The position numbers and the translations under genes are program-made. A stretch of DNA of 63,768 nt, filler included, from Choristocarpus tenellus KU-1152 (lineage: Eukaryota > Protista > Phaeophyceae): the NCBI GenBank assembly GCA_964200185.2. It is 6 parts of 6 records of this genome, joined end to end, with 100 filler letters (N's around TTAATTAATTAA, not from the genome) between each part and the next. Parts side by side here need not be neighbours in the genome. Positions count along the whole stretch, not along the records: positions 1 to 26,298 come from CAXNAD020000169.1; positions 26,399 to 50,301 come from CAXNAD020000232.1; 4 more parts are not named here. One strand, written 5' to 3'. Below are positions 24,248-38,000 of the stretch, one piece after another. The notes beneath the pieces were generated by a model. That model had not been told where the DNA came from. It did no database searches and saw nothing but the letters and a program-made list of their open reading frames with translations. Each line of letters begins with the position of its first letter. Within the stretch, counting starts at the first letter, position 1.

Positions 24248-26298
24248 TCAGGCGACATTAAACACAACAAAGGCCACAGTGTACGTGCTACTTGCAACAC
24301 AACTGTCGACCGACACTGCATATGATATCTGGCCCCCTGTGCTGACATCAGTTTTCGTGATGGACATGGGTTTTGTCACAGTGCAGGCCTGAGTAACAGC
24401 AGACAGAACATAAGAAGTCGTTGCAGCCTGATTGTTTGATACTGTAATATACTCTACATTTGTAGAGGTAATACTGGCATCACATGTTCGGGTGAATTTT
24501 CCAACAACAGCATCAAGGGTAACTGTCTTTGCCGTTCCAGTAGTGGCACCAGATGCACCAGTGATGGCCCCAGAAGCCATCAGCCACCCTTTCAAAGGAG
24601 AATTGCCAAACGATATGTAAGAACTTGTCCCCGACACCAAGCTCAGACTTGTGGCTGACTGGATAGAAATTGTACCAGTTGAAGACGTTGCAATATCTAC
24701 ATCTCCACTACTGGCCAAAGAGAAAGTAGAAGACAAAGTAGCAGTTGTTGAACTGTCCCCACTCTTAAGTGTCAGAGTGCCTGGGTTAACTCCGGTGCCA
24801 GTGTTAATTCCAGTAGAAATTGTGATGGCTCCACCTGTGGTGTCACCTGTGTCGCCAGCATCAACCACGATGTTTCCTCCTGCCCCACTATCACCAGACC
24901 CAACTGTGAGACTTATGGCCCCTCCTCTTCCCCCTGAGGCAACACCCGAGCCAAGCAACAGAGATCCACTGTTGCCTACACTTGCTGTTCCTGAACTGAA
25001 CACAAGTTTTCCACTAAGACCTGATGTACCTGCATTTGCAGAGCGAATCACCACAGCACCACTCGAAGTGGCTGTTCCTTCCCCAGATGAAACAGAGACA
25101 ACCCCACCGGTGCTAAGAGCACCGGTACCTGCAAATATATTCACTGTGCCACCAGCACTTGTGGTACTTCCACTGCCAGATCCGCCAATGACAGAAACAG
25201 CACCACCAGTGCTAGATGCTGCGCTTGAAGTCCCAGCGGCAATATAGACTGATCCGCCAACCCCATTTGTACCAGATCCAACCGTAAACTTTACATCACC
25301 ACCAGCACCCCCGATTGCGGCACCACTTCCAATCAGAACAGCGCCACTGTTGCCCGCACTGGTTGTGCCGGAGCTGAACACCAACTTGCCACTTATCCCA
25401 CTAACTCCTGCATTGAGTGATCGAATGGTGACCGAACCACTGCTGGTGGCTACACCCTCACCGCCTGAAATGGTCACCAGCCCACCAGTTGCTGTGGTGG
25501 ATTGGCCAGCCAGAATCTGCACCAGACCACCTGCACCAACAGTACCACTACCCACGGTCAGACTGAGGAGCCCACCTTCCCCACCGGGTGCAGTACCACT
25601 ACCAATCAATATTGCCCCACTTGAGCCCACACTGGTGGCCCCCGAGCTGAACACAAGTAGACCACTGTCTCCAGTGCTACCGGCACCAGCAGATGTAATG
25701 GTGACAGTTCCACTATCACCTGCACTGCCAACTCCGCCACTGGTAATGGACACTGGACCACCACCAACATCACCAGTACCAGCTGCAACGGTGAAAGCAC
25801 CACCCGTGGTTGATGTGCTGGTGCCTCCAGATATGGAAACTGCACCACCAGAGCCGGAACCACCATCTCCTCCAGCGATGGTTAGAGCTCCACCGCTCGT
25901 GGATCCCACACCAGATCCCAGTGTCACGGCTCCACCTAAACCAGCCGTACCTTGACCTGCAGCAATGCTGAGTGCACCACCTGTATCTCCAAGACCGGCC
26001 TCAAGGGTCGTTGCTCCTCCCAGACCGCCACTGCCATCACCTGCTGCAATGCTCAATTGTCCACCAGTGGTGCCTGTACCAGCGGCCAGCGTCATGGCAC
26101 CCCCGGTGGTGGTCCCTGTGCCCACTGTGAGGCTGACATCACCACCAGCTCCTGCACTAGACGCTCCACTCCCAATCAGAACAGCGCCACTGTTGCCCGC
26201 ACTGGTTGTGCCGGAGCTGAACACCAACTTGCCACTTATCCCACTAACTCCTGCATTGAGTGATCGAATGGTGACCGAACCACTGCTGGTGGCTACAC
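24248..26298 (-). CDS. 5'-truncated intronless Gly/Ser/Thr/Ala-rich repeat protein (putative beta-solenoid fibre) with a distinct C-terminal domain
   Basis: >2 kb open frame running off the contig end; roughly 35 repeats of 14-16 aa G-[GS]-x-hyd-x-hyd-x-[AS]-G-x-G; non-repetitive C-terminal ~110 aa ending YTVAFVVFNVA*. Confidence 0.85.
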
Positions 26299-26398
26299 NN
26301 NNNNNNNNNNNNNNNNNNNNNNNNNNNNNNNNNNNNNNNNNNTTAATTAATTAANNNNNNNNNNNNNNNNNNNNNNNNNNNNNNNNNNNNNNNNNNNN
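26299..26398. other. Artificial contig spacer
   Basis: 44 N + TTAATTAATTAA (stops in all six frames) + 44 N. Confidence 0.99.
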
Positions 26399-26417
26399 CG
26401 TTTTCGCAAAACAACCA

Positions 26418-26454
26418 TCCTCGTAGTCCCGCTCCATCCCCAATTTTGAAAATC
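26418..26454. repeat. End of a dispersed repeat (shared with 1-37)
   Basis: 33/37 identity to the window start; lies at the start of a contig. Confidence 0.7.
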
Positions 26455-26863
26455 CTCTCTTTGATGGAACATGAACTATTTCCAGAGCGAAAGGCAAACC
26501 TGACACAGGTACCAGAGATCTCATCATCGATTACTTATTCCAGTGCCACGCCCATCATGTGCTGAGGGGGATCTGTCTGGGGCACCTAGCCACATTGATT
26601 CAAGGAAGGACCAGTGAACAAGTAAAGTCCAGAATGTGTTGCTATTAATGCATGTCAATAATCTTAGCATAATTCAGAACAGATACCGCCCCCTCTGTTG
26701 TTAAAAAAAGGTAAAGTAACGTCCGTGTGTGGGATGACCCCAGCCAAACTACCTCTACTGTGGTACTATGAATATGGTATGTCTGCACATATTCTCTACT
26801 GTATATGTACCAGAATGATGGACAACTACTTGAGGGAAGGATTTCTCTACCGCTCAAAGGTAA

Positions 26864-29800
26864 CTACTCCGTGACGTCTTCAGACAGCCGTGCAACTCGT
26901 GTCAGAACATCATCAAGATGAGGGAGCTCCCCTTTTACCCCCTCGATAACGTCACGGACTGCCTTGAGACGGATCTCTGCGTTTAGTAGGGCCTGCTCCA
27001 CCTGTAGAAGTCGATGGGAGAGGGGGAGAGGTTTGAGATTAATCCTAAGAGTGAAAGTATCTTAGAGGATACGAGTTTTGCACTGCTTGTCCATTTAGGG
27101 CTTTGCTTGCCATGGGTTCTTTTCAGACATTTTCCTACTCCAAAGTGTTTCGGAGTAGATAAAATGTATATGTTATGAAATGATGTGTGTGGAACATGGA
27201 TATTGACGCTTCCTAACAAACACGATGGCCAATATTACGTCAAAATCGCAACATTGGATTTTGATCCCCAAATGGACGTGACTCTACCCTCTGAGATACT
27301 GTGGCTCTAAAAATCGGGTGAACAACCAATGATCATGTCCCACAGTCATGATAGCGACCATGGGCATCTGTCAGGGCACTACCTATATCATTATTGTTTA
27401 TTATTCAACACCAAGAGCCGAATTGTGATTGGTGACTTCTTCCAGGGTGAGGATATTGTACTTGTGCAATTTAGAATATGATAGCAAGGAGTGATGTAAG
27501 AGGTGTGGGTGTTGATATTTTGTCGATTGCCTTCATTGCGTCTGTTGCAGCTATCGGCTTTATTTCCCCTCGAGATAGATTCTCATACTTCTGGCACAGT
27601 CGCTGTTTGGTAGCAGTCACCTCACTCAACCGCTGCTTCTCATATAACCTGGTGGGGTGGTGAGGGGTGATACAGAACATGAATTTGAGGACGCACGACA
27701 GCCAATAGTAAATGATTCTTGGAGTGAACAAGGTAGCAAGCTCTCAAAACATACGCAGAGTATCTGAAAATTAAATGAACATGCTGTTCAGAAGGAGCGG
27801 TGTCTCGACTGGAGTTGCTCATCGAAGCATTATTATCATCACTTGTGCGTCACAGATACAGCTACAACTGCATGCAATGTTTAGCAAGTGGTGAGAGGAG
27901 AAACTCTATTCTGTGGAATAAAAGAGGGACAAGATGGTAAATAAAACAGGACAGCAAAGAAGGATGTGCAAAGCTCTTCCTCAAACTGGACTATACTGGT
28001 GTATAAGAAAACTACTCTCAGTTACTCCGAAGTACCACACAAAGGAATGAAAGGCCCCATCTCAGGGCAGGAGGGCAGGAGGTACATACCTGGTATTGAT
28101 GTCTCCCTGGAGCTCATCACACAACCGCTCTGCCTCCTCAAAACGCCCAGTCTCCTGTTCCAGGCCTGTTGAGACCTCTAGGCCCTTCCTCCTACGATCC
28201 TCTACCACTGCACTATATCGTGCAGTCTCTACAGACAATGACTTGAGCTGTTGCTGAATAGACACAACCTAAAGAAGTGAGAACAAAAGGAAGGGTTGTG
28301 TGTGGCACATGCGTGTTCAGTTGTAGGCATGTCGCAGATAGCCTGTAGGTGATGTTATTGTAGGTGCCACTGCAGTGCACATAGGGCGATGCTCGGGAAA
28401 GTGTGGGAAATGAGAGGTGATCAATATCGATTTTCATAGAAAAGATATGGAAGGGAAGGTAGGAAGGCGCAGCCATGGTGCCAATTTCGAAGTCCTCCCA
28501 TTACCAAATGCTAAGAAGAAACTCAAACATGGACACAGAGATAAGAATAGAGGGAGGACACTGAAATACTTTGTGGTAGCACTAGTGGGAGCTTCAGAAC
28601 AAAGGACCAAAACAATTCTTACACTTGAGACACATTGTGAAGATGCTCCTATTAACCACAACAGCATTTTAACCATATTACTATCCATACAATAATATTG
28701 ACAGCAAGGTAAGAAAAGGCACATCACCTTCTTCTTGAGTCCTGTGGCAGTGAGGTCTTTGGATCCCCCACCTCCCCTACTACCCCTGATGTTACGCCCT
28801 GCCAATGCCTCGTCCTTCCCCTTATAGCGCACTGCAATTTTTTCCCGCTTGTCAATGGCCCACTCCATGGCCTGCATCATGCGTTCCTGCTCGCGGCGAA
28901 GCCCATCAAGCCGAATACGCATGCGGTGGATTTCTCGCTCCATTATCTGTACCTCATTCTTTCCTAACCCTGGGTCCAGTGCAGCCTGTACAACCGGATT
29001 GCTGTTAGTCCTATGTGTTGTGTTGTGACATAGAACTAAGGGCAATATCTTGGATCTACAGTCGAGGAGCATAACCTTCAGAATTCACCAAAGCTTGTGT
29101 GAGAAAGGAGAAGGAGGCAAGAAATTAAGGGAAGGGCGGAGCAGAGGCAAGCGGATTGGGATGTAGAAGATAGGTTGTAGGGTAACCCTTCAGTGTTGCT
29201 AGCATGGATTGATTGATCGGATTAATGAATTGAATTGCCATATTTCGGTCAGGGCTCTATGTTCACGAGGGGATACTATTTACAGGTCTTCATCTTTCCA
29301 TCCTACACTCTCTCTCCTCGCAATACCTTTCACTGAACTACTCAAGCAAGACAGAGGAGCATCTCCACAGCATATCGGATTAGTACACCATGATGGCCGG
29401 TGATGTATATATACACAAGTGTGCATGTACCTATGCACACTATTATCCCACACCTCTGATGCAGTACCTCTTGATGCATCGAATTTGTCCATCAATTGCT
29501 CACGAGCAAGGTTGCAGGAATCACGCTCTATACAAATTTCAACACTGGTCAGAATGGATACGCTATTTGAGATTGCAAGCCACAGAGTTCGTCTTGCTCA
29601 CTTCAGGCCTATGTGCAACTGTCAAATAGAGCCCTCTCTAGCTCACTTCTACCCTGTTGCCCATGTAGCGCACATAACAAAGGAGTGGACTTCTCATAGA
29701 CTTTACTGATGCTTCAAGTCACCTGTGTCTCTCGTTCTAGCTGTATCTTCTTCTCCCAAAGCATCACTTGCCTCTCCATCTCCAGAATCTCATCCAGGGT

Positions 29801-32011
29801 GTCCGCCTTCATCCCCTTGATCTTACGGATTCGACTCTCAAGGTCCACGCTTTGACTCTTTGACATGAAGTGAGTTAGTGTTAAAAAAAAACGTAGCAAG
29901 GCATGGAAATATGTTAACCTTATGAAGTTGAGGGAGAGATGTAAGAAGATGTGTACTCGAGTCTATGGCCACAGGAGATATACTGTGTGCATCATGGGAT
30001 CAACGTAGACTAGTTTTAAACAGGATTGCCAAAGTGATCAAGCACATTTGAGGTGTACTTCTTCCTCATGCTCAAGTTTCTCCGTTGACTAGGAGTCCAG
30101 ACAACCAAGAGAATATCCTCTGCCTGACTGCAACCAAACGTATCGCCAGATATTCCACCTACAGAGGTCAGAACAAGTTCGGGCAGGAAGAAAAGCACTG
30201 TGGCATATCTTAACTGCATGACTAGGCCGAGGTTACGGGATCCTTGACCACATGCAACGTTGGAATGTTACCAAGAGAAAAATGTTAGTACTCCTTCAAG
30301 GTAGGAGGACCATATGAAGTATATCTATATCAATATATACTCATTGCTTGAGAGAAGGGGAAAACACACATTAAGAATGATGCATAATACATTTCACTCT
30401 CTGTCACATTCTTCACAGTACAGCTCCGATTTAACTCAATCTCAATGAGGTAACGGTTTCTCCACAGACAAAGATGTAGCACAAGAAGGGAACAATTAGT
30501 TTCACCTCATATCACACCATGTCCAAGGTACACAACCTACCACCCTATCCTTCGTTTCCCCACAGCCCTGCATCAAACCCAACTCTATTGTCCTAACTCC
30601 CATTTACCCATGGCTTTCCTCACTTCCAGCTCCCTGAGCTCCTGAATAAACTCCCTCTCCAACACGCTAGTGGCGTTTCCCAGCTCAGATACCCTCTTCC
30701 CACTTTTTCCAATAAGCTCGTTGATCCTACCCATGTCCATGTGGAGGCCCTGTATGGTGGACCGTAGCCTCTTGGACTCAGCCTCATCAGAGGCAATGCC
30801 CCGGAGGAGACGGGCCTTGCGCTGGCCGAGAATAGATGCAGCAGCCCTCAGCTCTGTGTTCTGTACATGGGGGTTGGGAATTGGGTTCCTCGGTGAGGTT
30901 GTGATTAGTGAGGACTCAGCAGTGCAAAAGCACAGACGAGGAGTGACATGAGCAGGAGATTTTTAACACTAAAGATTATGTTGTACTCATCAGCAAAAGC
31001 ATACTGTCCTTGCATGCTCGTGAGTCCCTCAAAGGATCACTTGGAACATGTGTTTAAGATGCAGAATGAATTGATTGGGACGAAAAGTGCTCTCTGTAGT
31101 ATCTTCGTAGCATTCTTGTAGATGTATATGCAAATATTGGCAACAGAGTGGGAAGATAGAAGTGCCCAATGACCCTGTAAGTGAGAAGCTCCTTTGCTCT
31201 ACTTAATGTGGATAATACTACACGGGAATTGTTTAACCCACATGGTGTGCATTGTAACCTAATGCCTTGGACCAATCACAGGTGTTTGGTGTGACACATG
31301 GCACTGTTTCCTTTTCTACATACTGTCTGAGGCACACATATGCAGCTTCCCTTCTCAACAGTCTTGATTCCCTCATCTGCAGGTGGCGCTATCCAGTTCA
31401 CAGTTGCCCTCCCATACATTCCTCCTGATCAAATTTCTGGTATTTGATTTCCACCATCTGACACCTCAGTCCATTCAATCCTGTCAGTGTCATGTACAAT
31501 AGATTCCCTTGCCTTTTCCAGGTGTTGCTCAGTCTCCACAGCCGTGGACACCAGCTGTGTCTGGTCCGCCAGCCACTCATGCTTTAACCTGGCGTTCTCC
31601 TCTGATAAACCACTCCTCTCTTTCTGCAGGTTTTTTACAGATGCCTCTAATGGGCCTGTATGCTCTGGCTCCTCCACAGACTCCTTCAGTTTCTCATACT
31701 GACGATTCAGGCGGTCCACACGGTACATCTGGTGGAGACATAACCATTCACATTCGACACAGTAATGGGGGGCACAACAGCAGGAGAGTTTGTGGATGGT
31801 GGTGGGGGAGATGATGGAGTGCATGAGGGTGGGGGAGGAGGGGAGGAGGGAGACACATGTGAGAACAGAAAGGAAATTGTGGGTTAATGGATAAATAGAT
31901 TCAAGGCATTCAAGGTGTTGGACTTACAGAGCAAACCCCGAACAATTCATCTGTTCAAGATAATTTTTTGACTCCAGGACAGGATGACTCTAAACTAGTG
32001 TGCTCCATAGC

Positions 32012-32047
<36 letters not shown>

Positions 32048-35000
32048 ACTGCACTGTAGAAAGGGTAGGATGGATGCACAAAGGTTCTCTGATCGCGTGA
32101 GTATTACTGTTTCACCACTCGCTCCACTTGGTGCTGGAAAGGAAGGAAGAAAGCATTCCTCCACAGTATTGAGAATGTATTGAGGAGTTGATGAGGAGCA
32201 GAGACTAACTATTGAGAAGTTGACTCCTGGGAATTTTCCATATCAAGATCCGTGTACAACAGTAAGGGGACTGAAAACTTTTAGCAACCCTACCATGAGC
32301 CAAACGGGTAGCCAACGCACTTTCACAGTCTCACATATCTGTCCGCACCCAATGCCCCTACATCATGTTCCCAACAAAAACGCCGCAGGGATGAGGAAGG
32401 AGGCAGGTGGATAGTGTTAGGTAAAATTTGGTGCAATTATCATGTTAGTTTACCTTTTTTTCTATCTCATCGTTTCGTTGTCGTATCTCCAACTGGTACT
32501 TTCCCACAAGCTGGTCTTTCGCATTGAGTTCTTCTTCCACACTCTTCAATGTCTCACGGAGCTGAGCATTGTGCGCCTCAGTATTGAGCGTGTCTACATG
32601 GATTCGGGCCTGTTCGTTCTGCAGGTTTGCCTCTTCTGCAATGTACAAGGAAGGCGGGGGCAGGGCGGCAAGTAGAGTGGTGTTGGGTGAGGATAAGTTA
32701 GGAAAGAAGTGGAACTCTAAACTCTAGACTAGAGAGTACATGCTACTCCCATTCAAGGCTAGGGTGTCTTTCATATCATCATGCATCCCCCTTCCCAACT
32801 CTTGCAGTGGACACCACATAACCTGTAACAACGTTACAGGCATTTCAGTATGTGCAACAGACTTGAACATACCTCTTGCCTGTCCTTCACTTCCCTGCCC
32901 ATTTGTTCAACTTACCTATCTCAGTCTGGTGTATCTTCTCAACCACGGTCTGAGTTTTCTTTACAAGGTTTCGTACAGCTTTGCTCATGGTGGTTTGCTG
33001 CGATTTCCATCGACCTGCTTCTTTTTCCAGCTTTTGGCGCTCACGAGTCACTAACTGTAGGTTGCTTGTGAGGGTGACCACCTGAAAGGGAGAATCAAAG
33101 TAAAGATTGGTGTATGCAGGATGGTGTAGGGCTTTAAAGAGAGGGGGGTAGGGACATACAGAGGGCGAATGATAATGAGAGTATAAAGGTGCTGTGGCAT
33201 GATCAGAGCATTAGGACCCAAAATTGAAAGAGAGAAAGAGAGAGAGAGAGTAGTGTAATGGGACTACCAAGTACAATTCAATTCGGGCCAGATTACCACA
33301 TACAGAGTAGCGAGGGTAAAAAGTGCTAGAGAGGAGTGCTTTCTTACTACTGTAACGCATGGAGTGAAAGTATCTTAGAGGGTATGAGTTTTGCCCTGTT
33401 TGTCCATTTGGGGCTTGGCTTCCCTCGGGGTTTTTATGACATTTTCCTAGTCCAAAAAAATTCGGAGTAGGTAAAATATGTATGTTATGAAAAGGTGTGT
33501 CCGGAACGAGGATATTGACATCTCCTAATAAACACGATAGCCAAAATTACATCGAAATCGAAACAGTGGATTTTGCGCCCCAAATGGACGCGACTCTACC
33601 CTCTAAGATACTTTGACTCATGCCAAAACCCTTCTCCTCTCTACTTGGGGACCATCCTTTCCTTTCCATTCTCCGTCCACTGATACCCCTTTCTCATCTG
33701 TGTTTCGAACACCTCCCATGTTTTCCTTACTAAGAGAGCATAACATCTTTCACAGCCTTCCTCAGCACCTCCCTCGTGTCGATGCTGTTCCACCCCTACC
33801 CAAGTTTCACAACGTACTCCAGACTAGTCTTTTACTACTTCCACCCACCTGCCCCCGAAGTTGGTTTCCCCGCCCATCAAGACTTTTCTCATCTTCCTCA
33901 GTTTGCGTCAAGGACCTCTGAAGCATTGTGTACCTCTCAGATAGCTGGTCTCTCTCCATCTGTCGGGGGGGAGGTTGAGCTGTTTTCAGACATTTTGGGA
34001 CCTGTTGTGCCGATTGATACAAACTAAAAAGAACGGCAAACAACCCCAAATGGGGATTGTGGTCCTCTCAACAGGAGGTTATACTTGTAGTGTATACAAA
34101 ATAAAACACCAACAAAAGAATCTGTCCAGGAGGAATATCAGTTGGACTAATCTACCAGGACTTTGTTGCGCAGGGCTAATGAGAAGCAGGAGGCAATGAC
34201 ACCGAAGCAATGGTGGGATCAGGGTGTGGGGCTTTAAGGATTCAGATGAAGGTGAGGTATAGTTCATTTCGCCTGATAGAGATCATCGCCTCATATGTGA
34301 TTCGTGCTGAGGTCATCATCATCAGAGGAAGAAAATGTACATTAAATGCAGTCTGCAAACCAATTGGTATGGGGAGGTCTCAATTAAATTGAGGAGGCAC
34401 GTCACATACATGTCATGTCAACAATAAGCAGTGTCCGGTTTTGCTATCACCAGTGCAACCAGAGAGGATCCGGCACATAAAGGAAGTGTACAGGTTAATG
34501 AGGTATCAGAAGTGGTTGGCATAACAGGATCTTGTAATATCAAAGAGCAACCCCACAAGAGATGATGCGCGGAAGGAGTGAGGATAAAGGATAAATTTAG
34601 GTTTGAAGTGTTGCCTTAGTCTTAGCCAGCTGCTCTTCGACAAAGGCCTTGTCATGTCTCAGGCGATCCCTAACTGAGACCAACCCTTCATTGTCGGCTT
34701 GCGCCTTGAGTATCTCCCTCTTGAGGCCTTCTATCTCAATGTCGTAGTCCCTGTTGTGTGTTGGGGAAAGGAGAATAATTTCTGGGGTGGGATGCATGTA
34801 TCGTGAGCAATAGAGTGGGCAGTCGTAATGTATAAAGACATTAAAAAAAATGTTCAGAACAATGAAGCTCCCCTATCCCACCTAGACGAGTTCTCTGCCT
34901 CCAGGAGTGCATTGTTGGCTGCAGTGAGTGCTTCATCACGTAGATTAAGCCCAACCAGGGCACTGCGCCATTGCTGCAGCAGTTGTTTTTTCTCAAAAGA

Positions 35001-38000
35001 GATGAGTTCCATCTCGTGAGAAGTCTCTCGCAACATATCATTCACCTGACCCCCTCCGTTTGTTCATAAGTCATAGGCATAGTGTTAAGCTAAGAGGTAT
35101 AGCGATTTTTTCGAGGATGAAGAGATCAGTTCGGCAAAAGTGCAGAAGAGAGTGGGGAAGGAGAAGGTATCTCGGATATTTTACTGTATTAGTTGTTCAT
35201 TTCAAGGGTTGTGTGTGATATATGTGCCAATTTTCGATGTAGAGATTACCGCAAACTAATGACATGAATAAAAATATCACTACAATAAACATATATATGA
35301 CCCTAACATGATACTCAGCTACAACATACAACAAACACTCCATCCACACTTTCTATCTCTTGCGCCCCTCAAGCTGACTCCCTACTCCTTTCCCAGATAC
35401 ATTATTGTATCCCTAAGCCTCTACACAGCAGGCCCGGTGCACATCACTTTTTGACCTTTTTGGCCAGCACCAGGTTCTTTAGTCAACACACTCACCTTCT
35501 TCGTGGAAATACCAGCCTTTCCATACCTGTCAAGTGAATCATTGTCAGAGTGTCCCCTAAGTATGTCACCAAACTCCATACAAGACTCTTCCACACATAT
35601 ACAAATTACTCTAGAGTGTAGAATATCAACGTACTTCAGAGCAACCTAAAATTCTGTTATGGCATATTTTTGTCTGCAAAACATGGCTTCTGGTATGGAG
35701 TCATCTTCTGCTACCAGCCCTCTTTGTTGGTCACAGCCTATGGGAAGTCAACATCATTGCCATCCTTCTCACCTCCCCGGTCTGTCCCTCAGATGTGGTG
35801 ATCTGTGCCTCTGTCACAGCCACTTGGCCCTGCAGTCGTTTAACCTGGTTGTACAGTGTACATTTAAAAGTGGTAATATGTGAATGTCAAAATTATATTG
35901 ACAATTGTGATTGAGTGGTCCTTACCTGGTAAAGCCCGCATTGCAAGGTGCATCCTGTGGGACAATTTGCAACTAGTTGTCCCTGCTGTTGTTTCACCAA
36001 CCCCATGTGGAATAACTAGGCAAGTACCTTGGAGTAGCTCTCTCAGCATTGGTCCCATGATGACCATCGGTATGTATAAATTATCATCTTTCACACATAT
36101 AATGTTACCCAAGCAGTTCCCAGTCCTACGTAAGGGGAGCGACAACATCTTCAGTCAAGCTCACTGGGTACACGGAGGCATTCTCACCAATAAAAAGAGC
36201 AATTGTCATAGTCAAGGGAGATCAAAGTAAACCCTTCATACGTTTGACATACTTGTGCACAAATATCCAATGTATAGCCTTATACTCACCAAGAGTATGC
36301 TCTAGAAAGGACTCTTACCTACAGATTGGACAGAGCACCTCAATCATTTCCCAATCAAGGCAAGGGACTTCCTTCCACATACGGCAGGCAGATAGGAAAC
36401 AAACCTCGTCCATAAGCCTGTCAATGTAGAGATCCTGCTGGCCCTTGCTTTTTTCCAGTCCTGACACCGCCTCCTCGGCTTTATAAGTGGCCCGCCTTGT
36501 CACCAATATCTCATCTTTCATCTCTTCATTGTAGAGCTCCACCTTGAAAATTCAGCATGAGTAGGCTTAGGTGTATACACATATGCTAGAGTATGCGCAA
36601 TGCCCTATGTAAGCCTCTGTGTTAACTTCTTCTTGTGGGTTTAGTATGTATTTCTCTTTGCGTGTGTCCTGCCATAAGAGTTAGTTGTGTTGACACTATG
36701 GTAGACAATGAGATGATATCGTGTCTTTTGTGCTTAGTACTGGTAGTACAGCATGGTGGGTAAAATGAGATCACCTTCAGCTGGAGCCGAATTCGGTTGA
36801 GTTACAAAATCAAAATAGAGGCTATTCCCTAGTAGTTCAGCTTACTAGATTTGCGCTATGTCACCTGCCAAGTGTTGAGGGGACAGTGACTCACCTAACA
36901 TTTAACAAACACACTGTTTGGGAGGTTTTGCTCCACAAGCAATCACCTGAACAGGTGAATTGCCATAGTCACCTACACCTCTCTCTTTGTGTGCAGTTGT
37001 GCACAGTTGTGCCTGTATACCATAAACTCCATCCAGCACTTACAATAAAGGTCGAACAAACTCAATGAAAAATTAAGCGTATTTTGAATTGTTAAATTTC
37101 CTACCACCTCCAAGGTACCCTCTAAAGTGCGAAGGTCTTCAGCAATATTTTCCTCAGTCAGTATCCACCGTTTCATATCACTCCATCCTTATAATAGACT
37201 TGTGAGCATGTTTCAGGTACTTCTCCTTGAGTGAAAGTATCTTAGAGGGTACGAGTTTTGCCATGTTTGTCCGTTTGGGACTTTGGTTCCCACGGGTTTT
37301 TTAGGACACTTTCCTACTCCGAAATGGTTCAGAGGGGGTAAAATGTATACATTATGAAAACGTGCGTCTGGAATAAGGACATTGACACTTCCTAGCAAAC
37401 ACCATAGACAAAAATTCATCAAAATCGCAACATTGGATTTTCGTCATCAAATGGACGCGGCTCTACCCTCTAAGATACTCTAACTCCCTTGCGCCCGGTT
37501 GTGATAGCGCGACTGGAACAGTCACCTGCCGCAAGGTCTCCTGGAGGGCGTTAAGCTCAACCTCATTCTTGACCAAACGCTTGCTGAGCTCATCTTTCGC
37601 TGCTTTCAAGTCCTGGTAACGCTGCTTGGCCGTATCCACGTCAAGGTCTGCTTTAGCGCGGTTTTCACCAAGCTCATTGAAGTTTGCATGGGTCTGCTCT
37701 AGCGCCACCTGGAGCTTGGCAAGCTGCTGTTGCATTGAATATAGCTCAACCCCCACATGTTCACGACTCGACTTCAGCCTTAGCGACAGAGGATGGAAGT
37801 CATGAGTTGCATGCTAAGAGCTTGGGTGAGGTCAAAGCCAATATAGCAAGAGGTGGCGGCATTGAGCGGTCGAACTTTTCAGAGAAAAAAATACGAGTAG
37901 ATCCTAAGCAGAACATGTTTTGGGAATACACATCATCCATACCCGTTCTCATCATTGTATATCTATACATCTGTCGAGGAGGCTAACATTACTCCGTGCA

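Noticed and set aside
26343-26354. TTAATTAATTAA palindrome repeated five times in the window
   Set aside because: Always centred in a 100-nt N spacer; an artificial six-frame-stop linker, not biology
24651-26354. Long Pro-rich plus-strand ORFs (24651-25247, 25350-25955, 25965-26354)
   Set aside because: Antisense shadows of Gly codons in the minus-strand repeat gene; interrupted by stops while the minus frame is continuous
26983-27219. Similar short ORFs at 26983-27219, 37213-37422 and 51179-51367 looking like a small protein family
   Set aside because: They are translations of the non-coding MITE family A copies, with inconsistent frames and stops
27471-27530. CCDC40 ending at the stop at 27471
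   Set aside because: A well-formed final exon (27001-26864, VEQALL..ELPHLDDVLTRV) fits the family C-terminus via a GC donor at 27530
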